Of a stretch of DNA of 64,000 nt, positions 11,697-20,459 are shown in pieces. Position 1 is the stretch's first letter. Each line of letters starts with the position of its first letter. The translations under genes and the position numbers were made by a program. Under the pieces are notes generated by a model. It saw nothing but the letters and a program-made list of their open reading frames with translations, did not search any database and was not told where the DNA came from. This DNA comes from Alphaproteobacteria bacterium (GTDB lineage Bacteria; Pseudomonadota; Alphaproteobacteria; JACAEB01), in the NCBI GenBank assembly GCA_024236075.1, contig JACKLE010000001.1, positions 130,440 through 194,439 of the forward strand, read 5' to 3'.

Positions 11697-12856
11697 AGCG
11701 GTCCGCGCTCGAGCTCGCGCCACAGGGCGCGGAGGAAATCGACGCAGCTGTCGAGCTGCGCGATCTCCACATATTCGTCCGTCTTGTGCGCCTGGGCGAT
11801 GTCGCCGGGTCCGCAGAGCACGGACGGAATGCCCGCCTCCTGAAACAGCCCGGCTTCCGCGGCGTAGGAAACCGACCCGGCGGCGTTCGTGCCGAGCAGC
11901 CGCTTGGCGAGCGCCTCGCCGTCGCTCTCCTCCATCGGCCGAAGGCCGGGCACGCGGTGGCCGCGCGCCGTGCCGATGCGCGCCTCGGGAAAGCGCCGGC
12001 GCAGCTCCGCCTCGCGCCGCGCCGCGGCGGCCTCGAAGCGGCGATAGATCTCGTTCTCGTCGGTGCCGGGCAGCGGGCGGTACTCCCAGCGGAACCGGCA
12101 CTGGCGCGCGATGATGTTCGTCGCCGTGCCGCCCTCGATGCGTCCGACGTTGAGCGTGGTGTAGGGCGGCGTGAATCGCCCGTCCGGCACGGCGCGCGCG
12201 CGCATCTCCTCGGCGAGGGCACGCAGATCGCCAATGAGATCCATCGCGACCTCGATCGCCGAAAGTCCGGACTGCGTCTGGCTCGAATGGGCCTCGCGGC
12301 CCGTGACCTCGGTCTCGACCGCGACGATGCCCTTGTTCGCGTTGACGAGACTCATCGAGGTCGGCTCGCCGATGACCGCGAGGCGGATGGGCGGCATCGC
12401 CGCGGCGACATGCGCGACGAGGCTCGGCACGCCCATGCAGCCAACCTCCTCGTCATAGGAGAAGGCGAGGCGGAGCGGACGCGACAGATGATCCGTATGC
12501 AGATCGGGAAGCGCTGCCAGGATGCAGGCGAGGAAGCCCTTCATGTCCGCCGTGCCGCGTCCGTAGAGGCGCCCTTCCGCCTCGCGCAGGACGAATGGGT
12601 CGGAGGACCAGTCCTGGCCGTCGACCGGCACGACGTCGGTGTGGCCCGACAGGAGGATGCCGCCCGCGACCTCGGGGCCGAGGCTCGCCAGCAGGTTCGC
12701 CTTGGTGCCGTCCTCGTTCGGAAAGCGGAGGAAGCGAAAGCCGTATGGGGCGAGGCGCTCCTCCAGACGATCGAGAAGGGCGAGGTTCGAAAGCCGGCTC
12801 GTCGTGTCGAAGGCGACGAGCTCGGCAAGCGCCGAAACGGCGGGCCGATCCATCAT
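11693..12856 (-). CDS. argE: M20-family acetylornithine deacetylase (ArgE-like)
   Basis: ..LLSGHTDVVPV..RLYGRGTADMKG.. metal-binding motifs of M20 deacetylases. 387 aa. Confidence 0.7.
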   Translation of the reverse strand: MMDRPAVSALAELVAFDTTSRLSNLALLDRLEERLAPYGFRFLRFPNEDGTKANLLASLGPEVAGGILLSGHTDVVPVDGQDWSSDPFVLREAEGRLYGRGTADMKGFLACILAALPDLHTDHLSRPLRLAFSYDEEVGCMGVPSLVAHVAAAMPPIRLAVIGEPTSMSLVNANKGIVAVETEVTGREAHSSQTQSGLSAIEVAMDLIGDLRALAEEMRARAVPDGRFTPPYTTLNVGRIEGGTATNIIARQCRFRWEYRPLPGTDENEIYRRFEAAAARREAELRRRFPEARIGTARGHRVPGLRPMEESDGEALAKRLLGTNAAGSVSYAAEAGLFQEAGIPSVLCGPGDIAQAHKTDEYVEIAQLDSCVDFLRALWRELERGPL

Positions 12857-12873
12857 TGGCTCATGCTCGCACG

Positions 12874-14331
12874 TCAGTTCCGCCAGAACCAGGGATTGAG
12901 GAGGACGATCACGGTGAATAGCTCGAGGCGGCCGAGGAGCATGGCGGCCGTGAGGAGCCAGATCGCGGCGTCGGGCAGCGGGGCGAAGGTGCCCGCGGGA
13001 CCCACGACGGTGCCGAGCCCGGGGCCGACATTGGCAAGGCAGGTCGCCGTCGCCGAGATCGCCGTCGTCATGTCGAGGCCCATCAGCGTGAGCGCGATCG
13101 AGATCACGCCGAACGTCAGGATGAAGAAGAAGAAGAAGATGAAGACCGAGGCGACGACATCCTCCGAGATCGGCCGCCCCGCATAGCGCGCCGTGAAGAC
13201 GCCGTGGGGATGGACGACACGGCGCATCTGAAGCCAGAGGCTCGCCGAGACGATATAGAGGCGATAGACCTTGAAGCCGCCGCTCGTCGAGCCCGCGCAG
13301 GCGCCCGAGAAGGTGATGAGGAAGACGACGCCCGCGACGAAGGCGCCCCAGGCGCCGTAGTCGTTCGCCGCGAAGCCGGTGGTCGTGACGATCGAGGTCA
13401 CGTTGAAGAGCGAGAGGCGTATGGCGTCCGCGCTTCCCGCAAGCCCGCTTCCGGCCGTGAAGGCCGCCATGGCGACGGTCGCGACGGCGACGACCGCCAG
13501 GAAGACGCGCAGCTGCGGGTCGAGAAGCGCGAGGCGCAGCTTTCCCCGCGCGATCTGCACGAAGAGCAGCATCGGCAGGCCGCCCGCGAGCATGAAAGCG
13601 ATGCTCGTGTACTGGAGCGCCGGCGAGAAATGGCCGAACGAGGAATCGTGCGTCGAGAAGCCGCCGGTGGAGATGGTGGACATGGCGTGGGCGGCCGCGT
13701 CGAAGGTCGACATGCCGCCCGCCTTGTAGGCGATGAAGCAGGCGAGGGTCAGGATGAGATAGGCGAGGCTCACGGCGAGCGCGAGCTCGGCGGCGCGAGG
13801 CACGGCCTTCTCCGACTTCTCCGAGGATTCGAGTCGGAAGAGCTGCATCCCGCCGATGCGCAGCATCGGCAGGACGGCAACCGCGACGACGATGATGCCG
13901 ATCCCGCCGAGGAGCTGGAGCATGGCGCGCCAGAGGAGGATGCCCTCGGGCATGGCGTCGAGCCCCGTGATGACGGTCGAGCCCGTGGTGGTGAGGCCCG
14001 ACATCGCCTCGAACACGGCGTCCGCGAAGCTGAGCCCGCTATCGGCGAAGACGAAGGGCAGCGCGGCGAAGACGGCGAGCACGATCCACGAGACGAACGT
14101 CAGGATGAAGCCCTGCTCGATCGACAGCGTGCCGCGATAGCCCAGCTCGGTCAGCAGGAGGCTCCCGCCCACGAAGAGGGTGATCGCGGCGGAGACGAGG
14201 AAGCCGCGCCATTCGAGATTGCCGAGCGCGAAATCCACCCAGGCCGGCACGAGCATGGTGAGCCCGAGCACGACGACGAAGATGCCGATGATGTGGAGGA
14301 TCGGCCCGACTACGCGCACCCGGCGCACCAC
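12874..14331 (-). CDS. trkH: Trk-type potassium uptake protein TrkH
   Basis: 485-aa polytopic protein with TrkH selectivity-filter-like repeats (..TTTGST.., ..STGGFST.., ..TTTGFAA.., ..NVGPGLG..). GTG start. Confidence 0.85.
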   Translation of the reverse strand: MVRRVRVVGPILHIIGIFVVVLGLTMLVPAWVDFALGNLEWRGFLVSAAITLFVGGSLLLTELGYRGTLSIEQGFILTFVSWIVLAVFAALPFVFADSGLSFADAVFEAMSGLTTTGSTVITGLDAMPEGILLWRAMLQLLGGIGIIVVAVAVLPMLRIGGMQLFRLESSEKSEKAVPRAAELALAVSLAYLILTLACFIAYKAGGMSTFDAAAHAMSTISTGGFSTHDSSFGHFSPALQYTSIAFMLAGGLPMLLFVQIARGKLRLALLDPQLRVFLAVVAVATVAMAAFTAGSGLAGSADAIRLSLFNVTSIVTTTGFAANDYGAWGAFVAGVVFLITFSGACAGSTSGGFKVYRLYIVSASLWLQMRRVVHPHGVFTARYAGRPISEDVVASVFIFFFFFILTFGVISIALTLMGLDMTTAISATATCLANVGPGLGTVVGPAGTFAPLPDAAIWLLTAAMLLGRLELFTVIVLLNPWFWRN

Positions 14332-14393
14332 TTGGCCAGCAAAGGGATTCGCATGCGAGTCTGCCGCGCGCCAGCGCCCCGTTCAAGGGCGCC

Positions 14394-15029
14394 TCACCCG
14401 TCCATGGAGCTCGTCGGATTGCCGATGATGGCCAGGAACTCGCGCCGCGTGCTCGCATCCTCGCGCAGCGCGCCCAGCATGGTGCTCGTCACCATGGTGA
14501 CGCCCGCCTTGTGGACGCCGCGGGTCGTCATGCACTGGTGCTGGCCTTCGATGACCACGGCGACCCCGCGGGGCTCGAGCACGCTCTGAATGCAGCTCGC
14601 GATCTGCGCCGTCATCTTCTCCTGCACCTGGAGGCGCCGGGCATAGGCCTCCACCACGCGCGCGAGCTTGGAGATGCCGACGACCTTGTGGTCGGGCAGA
14701 TAGCCGACATGGGCCTTGCCGATGATGGGCGCCAGATGGTGCTCGCAATGGGACTCGAAGCGGATGTCCTTCAGCACGATGAGCTCGTCATAGCCCTCGA
14801 CCTCCTCGAAGGTGCGCTGAAGATAGCCGATGGGGTTCTCGCGGTAGCCCGCGAACCATTCCTCGAAGGCCCGCGCGACCCGCCCGGGCGTGTCGAGAAG
14901 CCCCTCGCGCGCGGGGTCGTCCCCGGCCCAGCGGATGAGGGTCGCGACGGCTTCCTCCGCCTCGGCCCGGCTGGGTCTGGCTTCGGCATTCGCCTTGCGC
15001 AGGGGCTTCACACGGTCGATTGCGCTCAT
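14394..15029 (-). CDS. folE: GTP cyclohydrolase I
   Basis: ..[35 protein letters not shown].. are diagnostic FolE motifs. Start at internal ATG 15029. Confidence 0.9.
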   Translation of the reverse strand: MSAIDRVKPLRKANAEARPSRAEAEEAVATLIRWAGDDPAREGLLDTPGRVARAFEEWFAGYRENPIGYLQRTFEEVEGYDELIVLKDIRFESHCEHHLAPIIGKAHVGYLPDHKVVGISKLARVVEAYARRLQVQEKMTAQIASCIQSVLEPRGVAVVIEGQHQCMTTRGVHKAGVTMVTSTMLGALREDASTRREFLAIIGNPTSSMDG

Positions 15030-15155
15030 CTGCGGGTCCGCTTCTAGCGTGGGCACTCTCTGCCAACGGGCTCGGACGGCAGATATTTGCGGCGCCGGTC
15101 GGTCCGGCAAGGCGCGCCTTCGGGTCGGGCTCGTTGGAGCCCGATTTTAGCCCAT

Positions 15156-15566
15156 TCAGTGGAGATGTCGCGGCTCGTCGGGCCGATCGAGCGAAAATGC
15201 CGGAATCGTGACGTCGAAGACCTCGCCGGACGGTGTCTGCATGCCGTAGCGGCCTTCCATGAAGCCGGACGCGGTGCCGAGCGGCGTTCCGCTCGTGTAT
15301 TCGAAGCGCTCGCCGGGCTTCAGGACGGGCTGCTCGCCGACCACGCCCATGCCGCGCACCTCCTGCACCTTGCCGGTCGCGTCCGTGATGCGCCAATAGC
15401 GCGTGCGAAGCTGCACCACGTCCGCCCCGGCGTTCTCGATCGCGACGTGATAGGCCCAGACGTAGCGCCCTTCCTCGGGCGCCGACTGGTCGTCGAGGTA
15501 GACGGGCTCGACCCGCACGCGAATGCCGCGGGTCTTCGCCTCGTAGCGGTAGGCACGTTCGGACAT
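15156..15566 (-). CDS. apaG: ApaG (DUF525) protein
   Basis: ..IRVRVEPVYLDDQS..WAYHVAIENAG..QLRTRYWRITDA..GEQPVL.PGE.F.Y.S is the typical ApaG sequence. Confidence 0.85.
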   Translation of the reverse strand: MSERAYRYEAKTRGIRVRVEPVYLDDQSAPEEGRYVWAYHVAIENAGADVVQLRTRYWRITDATGKVQEVRGMGVVGEQPVLKPGERFEYTSGTPLGTASGFMEGRYGMQTPSGEVFDVTIPAFSLDRPDEPRHLH

Positions 15567-15567
15567 C

Positions 15568-16770
15568 TCAGCCGAGCCTCCGGAGCGCCTGCGCGAGGTC
15601 GTCCTTGAGGTCCTCGACGTCCTCGAGCCCGACGGAGAGGCGCACCATGGCGTCGGAGATGCCGAGCTCGGCGCGAGCCTCCGGCGAAAGGCGCTGATGG
15701 GTCGTCGTCGCGGGATGGGTGATAAGGCTCTTCGCGTCGCCGAGATTGTTCGAGATGTCGATGAGCCCGAGCCCGTTGAGGAGGCGGAAGGCCCCTGCCT
15801 TGCCGCCCTTCACCTCGAAGGTGACGACCGAGCCCCCCGCCGACATCTGCGCCATGGCGAGGTCGTGCTGCGGGTGGTCGCGCCGGCCCGGATAGAGGAC
15901 ACGCGTCACGCTCTCGTGCTCGGCGAGGAAGTCGGCGACGGTGGCCGCGGACCGGCAATGGGCGTCGACGCGTAAGGGAAGCGTCTCGAGCGCCTTGAGC
16001 AGCACCCAGGCGTTGAACGGGCTCAGGGTCGGGCCGGTGTTGCGCAGGAAGGGCTTCAGCTCCTCGAGGACGAAGGCCTCGTCCCCGAGGATCACGCCGC
16101 CGAGGCAGCGGCCCTGGCCGTCTATGTGCTTGGTCGCCGAATAGACGACGATGTCCGCCCCGAGCTCGCCGGGATGCTGCAGCAGCGGCGTCGCGAAGAC
16201 GTTGTCCACGACGAGCCGCGCGCCGGCCTCGTGGGCGATGGCCGCGACCGCGGCGATGTCCACGATGTCAAGCGTCGGATTTGCCGGACTTTCGAGGAAG
16301 ACCGCGCGCGTCGCGGGTCGCATGGCCTTGCGGAAGGCGTCCGTGTCGCGCCCGTCGACGAGGGTCGAGGGAATGCCGTAGCGCGGCAGAAGATCCTCGA
16401 CGATGTAGCGGCACGAGCCGAAGAGCGCCTTCGAGGCGACGACGTGATCGCCCGCCCTGAGCTGGCACATCAGCGCGGCGGTGACGGCGGCCATGCCCGA
16501 GGCGGTGGCGCGGGCGAGGGGCTTGCCTTCGAGGAGCGCCATGCGCCGCTCGAACATGTCGACGGTCGGGTTCTCGAAGCGGGAATAGGTGAAGCCCTGA
16601 TTCTCGCCCTTGAAGCGGGCCTCGGCCTCCTCGGCGCTCTGATAGACATAGCCCGAGGTGGCGATGATCGCCTCGCTCGTCTCGCGGAACCCGGTGCGGC
16701 TCGTCCCGCCGCGCACGAGGCGCGTCTGCGGCCGCCAGAATTTCGCTTGTCCTTTGGAATCGTCGGTCAA
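15568..16770 (-). CDS. metZ: O-succinylhomoserine sulfhydrylase (Cys/Met-metabolism PLP enzyme)
   Basis: ..YSRFENPTV.., ..VYSATKHIDGQGR.. (PLP-Lys), ..RLSVGLED... Homology begins near TTG 16770, preceded by GAGGAGG. The ORF-track ATG (17010) would swallow the riboswitch. Confidence 0.85.
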   Translation of the reverse strand: MTDDSKGQAKFWRPQTRLVRGGTSRTGFRETSEAIIATSGYVYQSAEEAEARFKGENQGFTYSRFENPTVDMFERRMALLEGKPLARATASGMAAVTAALMCQLRAGDHVVASKALFGSCRYIVEDLLPRYGIPSTLVDGRDTDAFRKAMRPATRAVFLESPANPTLDIVDIAAVAAIAHEAGARLVVDNVFATPLLQHPGELGADIVVYSATKHIDGQGRCLGGVILGDEAFVLEELKPFLRNTGPTLSPFNAWVLLKALETLPLRVDAHCRSAATVADFLAEHESVTRVLYPGRRDHPQHDLAMAQMSAGGSVVTFEVKGGKAGAFRLLNGLGLIDISNNLGDAKSLITHPATTTHQRLSPEARAELGISDAMVRLSVGLEDVEDLKDDLAQALRRLG

Positions 16771-16834
16771 CTTGGCCTCCTCGTCAGGAAAGCCGGCCGA
16801 ACGTTCGGGGTACTCGGCCTCGTGACCGTCCCGA

Positions 16835-16908
16835 CCTTTTAGCGGCGCTTTCGAGCATCTCGCTCGTCCCCGCGGCCCGCAAGCCGGCCGGCCCAAATCA
16901 CCGCGAGG
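16835..16908 (-). promoter_or_regulatory. SAM-II riboswitch (metA-element class)
   Basis: Minus-strand RNA CUCGCGGUGAUUUGGGCCGGCCGGCUUGCGGGCCGCGG..CUCGAAAGCGCCGCUAAAAGG carries the SAM-II signature blocks (GAUUU / GGCUUGC / AAAG..GCUAAAA). It ends 65 nt upstream of metZ. Confidence 0.7.
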
Positions 16909-17021
16909 ATGCGCTTCACTAGTGCCTGCCAGGAAGGCGGTCAAGGCCCGCCCATTTGTCCGGCGCGCCGGAATCGACCACACTCGGGCCCCTTCAGGGG
17001 CTAGGGGCAATTGGAGAGGCG

Positions 17022-18092
17022 ATGGCCGCCGCAGGCATTCTTCCCTATCAGGAGCTCAAGGAGGCCGCCGAGGGCGGTGCCGTCACATCGCCCGCGCCCG
17101 TGACCGAGGAGCAGGTCCAGCCCGCGAGCCTCGACCTGCGCCTCGGGCGGCGGGCCTACCGCCTGAGGGCGAGCTTCCTGCCCGGCCCCAACGCGACGGT
17201 CCTCGACCGCCTGCCCGAATTCATCATGCACACGATCGAGCTGACGCCCGGCGCGGTCCTCGAGACCGGATGCGTCTATCTCGTGCCGCTGATGGAGTGC
17301 CTCGCGCTGCCGGCCGGAATCTCCGGATTTGCCAACCCGAAGAGCTCAACCGGGCGCCTCGACGTCTTCACGCGCCTCATCACGGATCATTCGTCCGGCT
17401 TCGACCGGGTTTGCGACGGCTATCGCGGCCCGCTCTTCGCGGAGATCTGCCCGCAGACCTTCTCGATCCTGGTGCGGGAGGGATCGAGCCTCAGCCAGCT
17501 TCGCCTGCGCCGCGGCGTGGCGCATGTCGAGGATGCGGAGCTGTCGCGCCTCCAGGCCCGCGAGGGCATCGTCGACTGCGCGGGCGACATCGACCAGGGG
17601 CTCGCGCTGACCGTCGACCTCGTGGGCGAGGGGGCCATGCTGGGCTTCCGCGCCAAGCGCCATTCGGGCGTCGTCGACGTCGACCGCATCGCGGCCTACG
17701 ACCCGGTGGATTTCTGGGAGCCGATCCCGGCGGGCCGGCGCGGGCCGCTGATCCTCGATCCGGACGAGTTCTACATCCTCGCCTCGAAGGAGCGCGTGCG
17801 CATTCCGGCGAGCCATGCGGCGGAGATGGTCCCATTCAACCCGCTGGTCGGCGAGTTTCGCGTCCACTATGCCGGCTTTCTCGATCCCGGCTTCGGCTAC
17901 GGGCCGAGCGGGGCCTCGCGCATCGTGCTCGAAGTGCGCAGCCACGAGGTGCCCTTCGCGCTGGAGCACGGGCAGGTCGTCGGCCGCCTTCAGTTCGAGC
18001 GCATGGCCGCCGCGCCGACCCGGCTCTACGGCCGGGACATCCGCTCGCACTACGAAGGCCAGAGCCTCAAGCTCTCCAAGCATTTCCGCTGA
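17022..18092 (+). CDS. dcd: 2'-deoxycytidine 5'-triphosphate deaminase (long form)
   Basis: 356 aa. The N-terminus ..ILPYQELKEA..VQPASLDLRLG..AYRLRASFLPG.. is typical of the long alphaproteobacterial Dcd family. SD GGAGAGG lies before ATG 17022. Confidence 0.8.
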   Translation: MAAAGILPYQELKEAAEGGAVTSPAPVTEEQVQPASLDLRLGRRAYRLRASFLPGPNATVLDRLPEFIMHTIELTPGAVLETGCVYLVPLMECLALPAGISGFANPKSSTGRLDVFTRLITDHSSGFDRVCDGYRGPLFAEICPQTFSILVREGSSLSQLRLRRGVAHVEDAELSRLQAREGIVDCAGDIDQGLALTVDLVGEGAMLGFRAKRHSGVVDVDRIAAYDPVDFWEPIPAGRRGPLILDPDEFYILASKERVRIPASHAAEMVPFNPLVGEFRVHYAGFLDPGFGYGPSGASRIVLEVRSHEVPFALEHGQVVGRLQFERMAAAPTRLYGRDIRSHYEGQSLKLSKHFR

Positions 18093-18192
18093 AGCCGCGA
18101 AAGCGTCCCGGAACGGCACAGCGCTGCGCGCCGAAGCGGCACGAAGCGCCCCGCCGGCACAGCGCGCGCGCCTCGATGGCCCCGAAACCGGC

Positions 18193-18208
18193 TGGCACGT
18201 CCTTCGCT
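18193..18208 (+). promoter_or_regulatory. Candidate sigma54 (-24/-12) promoter
   Basis: TGGCACGTCCTTCGCT matches TGGCACG-N4-TTGCW with correct GG-N10-GC spacing and one mismatch in the -12 box. It lies 69 nt upstream of ATG 18277. Confidence 0.35.
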
Positions 18209-18276
18209 ATGGAAGCGCGTGAGCCGTGGCCCGCATGAGCTTCGGCAAAGCAAACGATGAAACGGGGTGCCTCCAC

Positions 18277-18951
18277 ATGAAGACCATTCAAGCACTTCTC
18301 GCCGGCGTCGCGATCGCCGCGCTCGCCGCGACGGCGGCCACCGCGACCGACAAGCACGATCAACATAAGAAGGCGCCGGAGCATTCCGACGTCCTCAATG
18401 GCCAGGTGAACATGAGCTCGGTCATCTCCGACCTCAAGCTCGACGTCTACGACGTCGACGGCGACGTGGTCGGAACGTCCGTCGCGATGGGCAATTCGGC
18501 CTCGGTCGCGACGCTCAACAACACCAATGTAACGAACACGCAGATCGCCAATCGCGGCAACATCGTCGCGGTGCTCGACGCCGAGATCGAGAAGGTGGAC
18601 GGGGACGTGTTCCTCACCTCCGCGGCGAGCTGCAATCAGCTCGCGGTCGGCACCGATCCCGACAAGACGAGCGTCAAGAACGATCAGCGCTGCGGCTTCG
18701 ATCCGCGCGTCGAGCTCAACGGCAAGATCGCGAATGTCGGCGGCGACGTCGTCGCGACGGGCGCGGCCTTCGGCAACAGCGCCACGGTCGACGCGATCAC
18801 GCGCGAGCTCTCCGTCAACAACACGCAGCGCAACGAAGCGCCGATCGGCGCCGATGTCGACCTCACCGTCCGCCGCGTCGGCGGCTCGGTGACGGCGACG
18901 GCCGCCGCCGTCGGCAACTCGCTCGCGGTGACCCACACGCCCGCGCCGTAA
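18277..18951 (+). CDS. Secreted curlin-like repeat protein
   Basis: Signal peptide MKTIQALLAGVAIAALAATAATA. About four 45-aa repeats, each with (V/G)G(D/S)V..T..A.GNS(A/L).V....N.Q, reminiscent of curlin/HfaA-type repeats. Confidence 0.6.
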   Translation: MKTIQALLAGVAIAALAATAATATDKHDQHKKAPEHSDVLNGQVNMSSVISDLKLDVYDVDGDVVGTSVAMGNSASVATLNNTNVTNTQIANRGNIVAVLDAEIEKVDGDVFLTSAASCNQLAVGTDPDKTSVKNDQRCGFDPRVELNGKIANVGGDVVATGAAFGNSATVDAITRELSVNNTQRNEAPIGADVDLTVRRVGGSVTATAAAVGNSLAVTHTPAP

Positions 18952-18978
18952 ACCCTCTTCACCCTCGTCCGACGAAAA

Positions 18979-19006
18979 GGGGGGAGCCCGAGGCTCCCCC
19001 CTTTTT
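18979..19006. terminator. Bidirectional intrinsic terminator
   Basis: GGGGGGAGCC-CGA-GGCTCCCCCC, a perfect 10-bp stem flanked by AAAA (5') and TTTTT (3'). It sits between convergent genes. Confidence 0.7.
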
Positions 19007-19021
19007 GGTTCGATCACCCGT

Positions 19022-19753
19022 TCAGGTCGCGACGACGAGCCGGTAGCCGAGGTCGCAGGCCTCGCGCTTCACGAGGTCGGCGTGCGCCCGCGCCCATGCG
19101 CCCGTCTCCAGATCGCGCGCGAGGCTTTCAAGACCTCTCGACACGTCTCCCAGGAGGCGGAACGACGACATGGCTGTGCGCACCTTTGGATCGAGATAGG
19201 CCGCTGGCCGGCGCCAATAGGCGCACAGGAAGCCGTCGGTGCAGTCGTGCGGAATGAGGACCGGCGCGATGTCGACGGCGCCGAGCCAGCGCGCATAGTC
19301 CGCCATCCGCGGCATCTGCGCCTCGTCGAGCGCCACGAGCTCGGGAAGGTAGTCCGCAAGCCAGAAGCCCCGGAAGGACGGGTCGTAGGTGAGGAGGACG
19401 ACGGGCCCCCGCGTGACGCGGCGCATCTCCTCGAGGCCTTTCTTCTTGTCGGTCCAATGATGAACGGTGAGGATTGCCATCGCCGCATCGAACGAGCGAT
19501 CCGCGAAGGGCAACTCCTCCGCATGCCCTCGAACGAGCCGCGCCGGCGAGGCCGGGCGTTGGCGGATCATTTCGGCAGAGGGCTCGAGCGCCGTCACGCT
19601 CCGGTCGGCGGGCTCGTAGGAGCCGGTGCCGGCGCCGACATTGAGGATGGTCTTGGCCGGCCCGAGAGCCCGTTCGACTACCGCCGCGATCCGCCAGTCG
19701 GGCTTCCTCAGGCGCGAGTAGTCGACGCCGATCGTGTCGTAGAGCGCGCTCAT
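19022..19753 (-). CDS. Class I SAM-dependent methyltransferase
   Basis: ..ILNVGAGTGSY.. (motif I) and ..FDAAMAILTVHHW.. . Start at internal ATG (MSALYDTIG..). Confidence 0.75.
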   Translation of the reverse strand: MSALYDTIGVDYSRLRKPDWRIAAVVERALGPAKTILNVGAGTGSYEPADRSVTALEPSAEMIRQRPASPARLVRGHAEELPFADRSFDAAMAILTVHHWTDKKKGLEEMRRVTRGPVVLLTYDPSFRGFWLADYLPELVALDEAQMPRMADYARWLGAVDIAPVLIPHDCTDGFLCAYWRRPAAYLDPKVRTAMSSFRLLGDVSRGLESLARDLETGAWARAHADLVKREACDLGYRLVVAT

Positions 19754-20246
19754 GGCGACGCGTAGCACACGGCGCTCGAGTTGTCAGGGGGAGGCCTCGA
19801 TACGGCCGGCTCAGCGCGCGGCGTGCAGCGTGGCCATCGCGCCCAGGGCGAAGAAGGCGCAGCTTCCCCCGGGCAGCACCGGGTGGCTCGCGGGCCTCAA
19901 GGATCCGGCGGTCGGGCACGCGCTCTCGCTCATGCATGCGCGGCTCAACGAGGACTGGACGACCGAGGGCTTGGCCGAGCGCGTGAACCTGTCGCGGTCC
20001 GCCTTCGCCGAGCGCTTTTCCGAAATCGTGGGCGTGCCGCCGATGCGCTATCTCCTCAACTGGCGCATGGCGGTCGCGTCGCATCGGCTGCGCGAATCCC
20101 GCCTCGCGATTTCCCAGATCGCCTTCGAGGTCGGCTATGAGTCGGAGGCTGCCTTCACGCGCGCGTTTCGTCGGGAGTTCGGCGTGCCGCCTGCCGCCTG
20201 GCGGAAAGCCGGCGCGGCCGGGCAGGCCGGCAACGGGGCGGTTTGA
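19752..20246 (+). CDS. AraC-family HTH domain protein lacking the usual N-terminal sensor domain (possible gene remnant)
   Basis: Only the C-terminal dual-HTH part is present (..WTTEGLAERVNLSRSAFAERF..PPMRYLLNWRM..IAFEVGYESEAAFTRAFRREFG..). The upstream space is occupied by the opposite-strand methyltransferase. Confidence 0.5.
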   Translation: MATRSTRRSSCQGEASIRPAQRAACSVAIAPRAKKAQLPPGSTGWLAGLKDPAVGHALSLMHARLNEDWTTEGLAERVNLSRSAFAERFSEIVGVPPMRYLLNWRMAVASHRLRESRLAISQIAFEVGYESEAAFTRAFRREFGVPPAAWRKAGAAGQAGNGAV

Positions 20247-20358
20247 CCGTAAGCGGCCCAGCGGCCCCCGGCCCGAAAGGCACGACGAACGCGGCCCGCT
20301 CTTGCAGAATTGCGGGCCTGCCCCTAGGAATCCGACGCGTGCCGCCTTCGGCGCGCTC

Positions 20359-20433
20359 GCGGGTGTAGCTCAGTGGTAGAGCTTCAGCTTCCCAAGCTGA
20401 GAGTCGTGGGTTCGATCCCCATCACCCGCTCCA
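20359..20433 (+). tRNA. tRNA-Gly (anticodon CCC)
   Basis: Cloverleaf read by eye: acceptor GCGGGTG/CACCCGC, D arm GCTC-AGTGGTA-GAGC, anticodon arm TCAGC-TTCCCAA-GCTGA, T arm GTGGG-TTCGATC-CCCAT. Encoded CCA. Confidence 0.9.
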
Positions 20434-20459
20434 ATGCGCCGAACCTGGAGGATCGACCC

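Noticed and set aside
13121-13146. (GAA)n-like trinucleotide run GAAGAAGAAGAAGAAGATGAAGA inside trkH.
   Set aside because: It encodes an in-frame poly-Phe stretch (IFFFFFIL) of a transmembrane helix on the minus strand. It is short, and any slippage would be in-frame. No evidence of phase variation.
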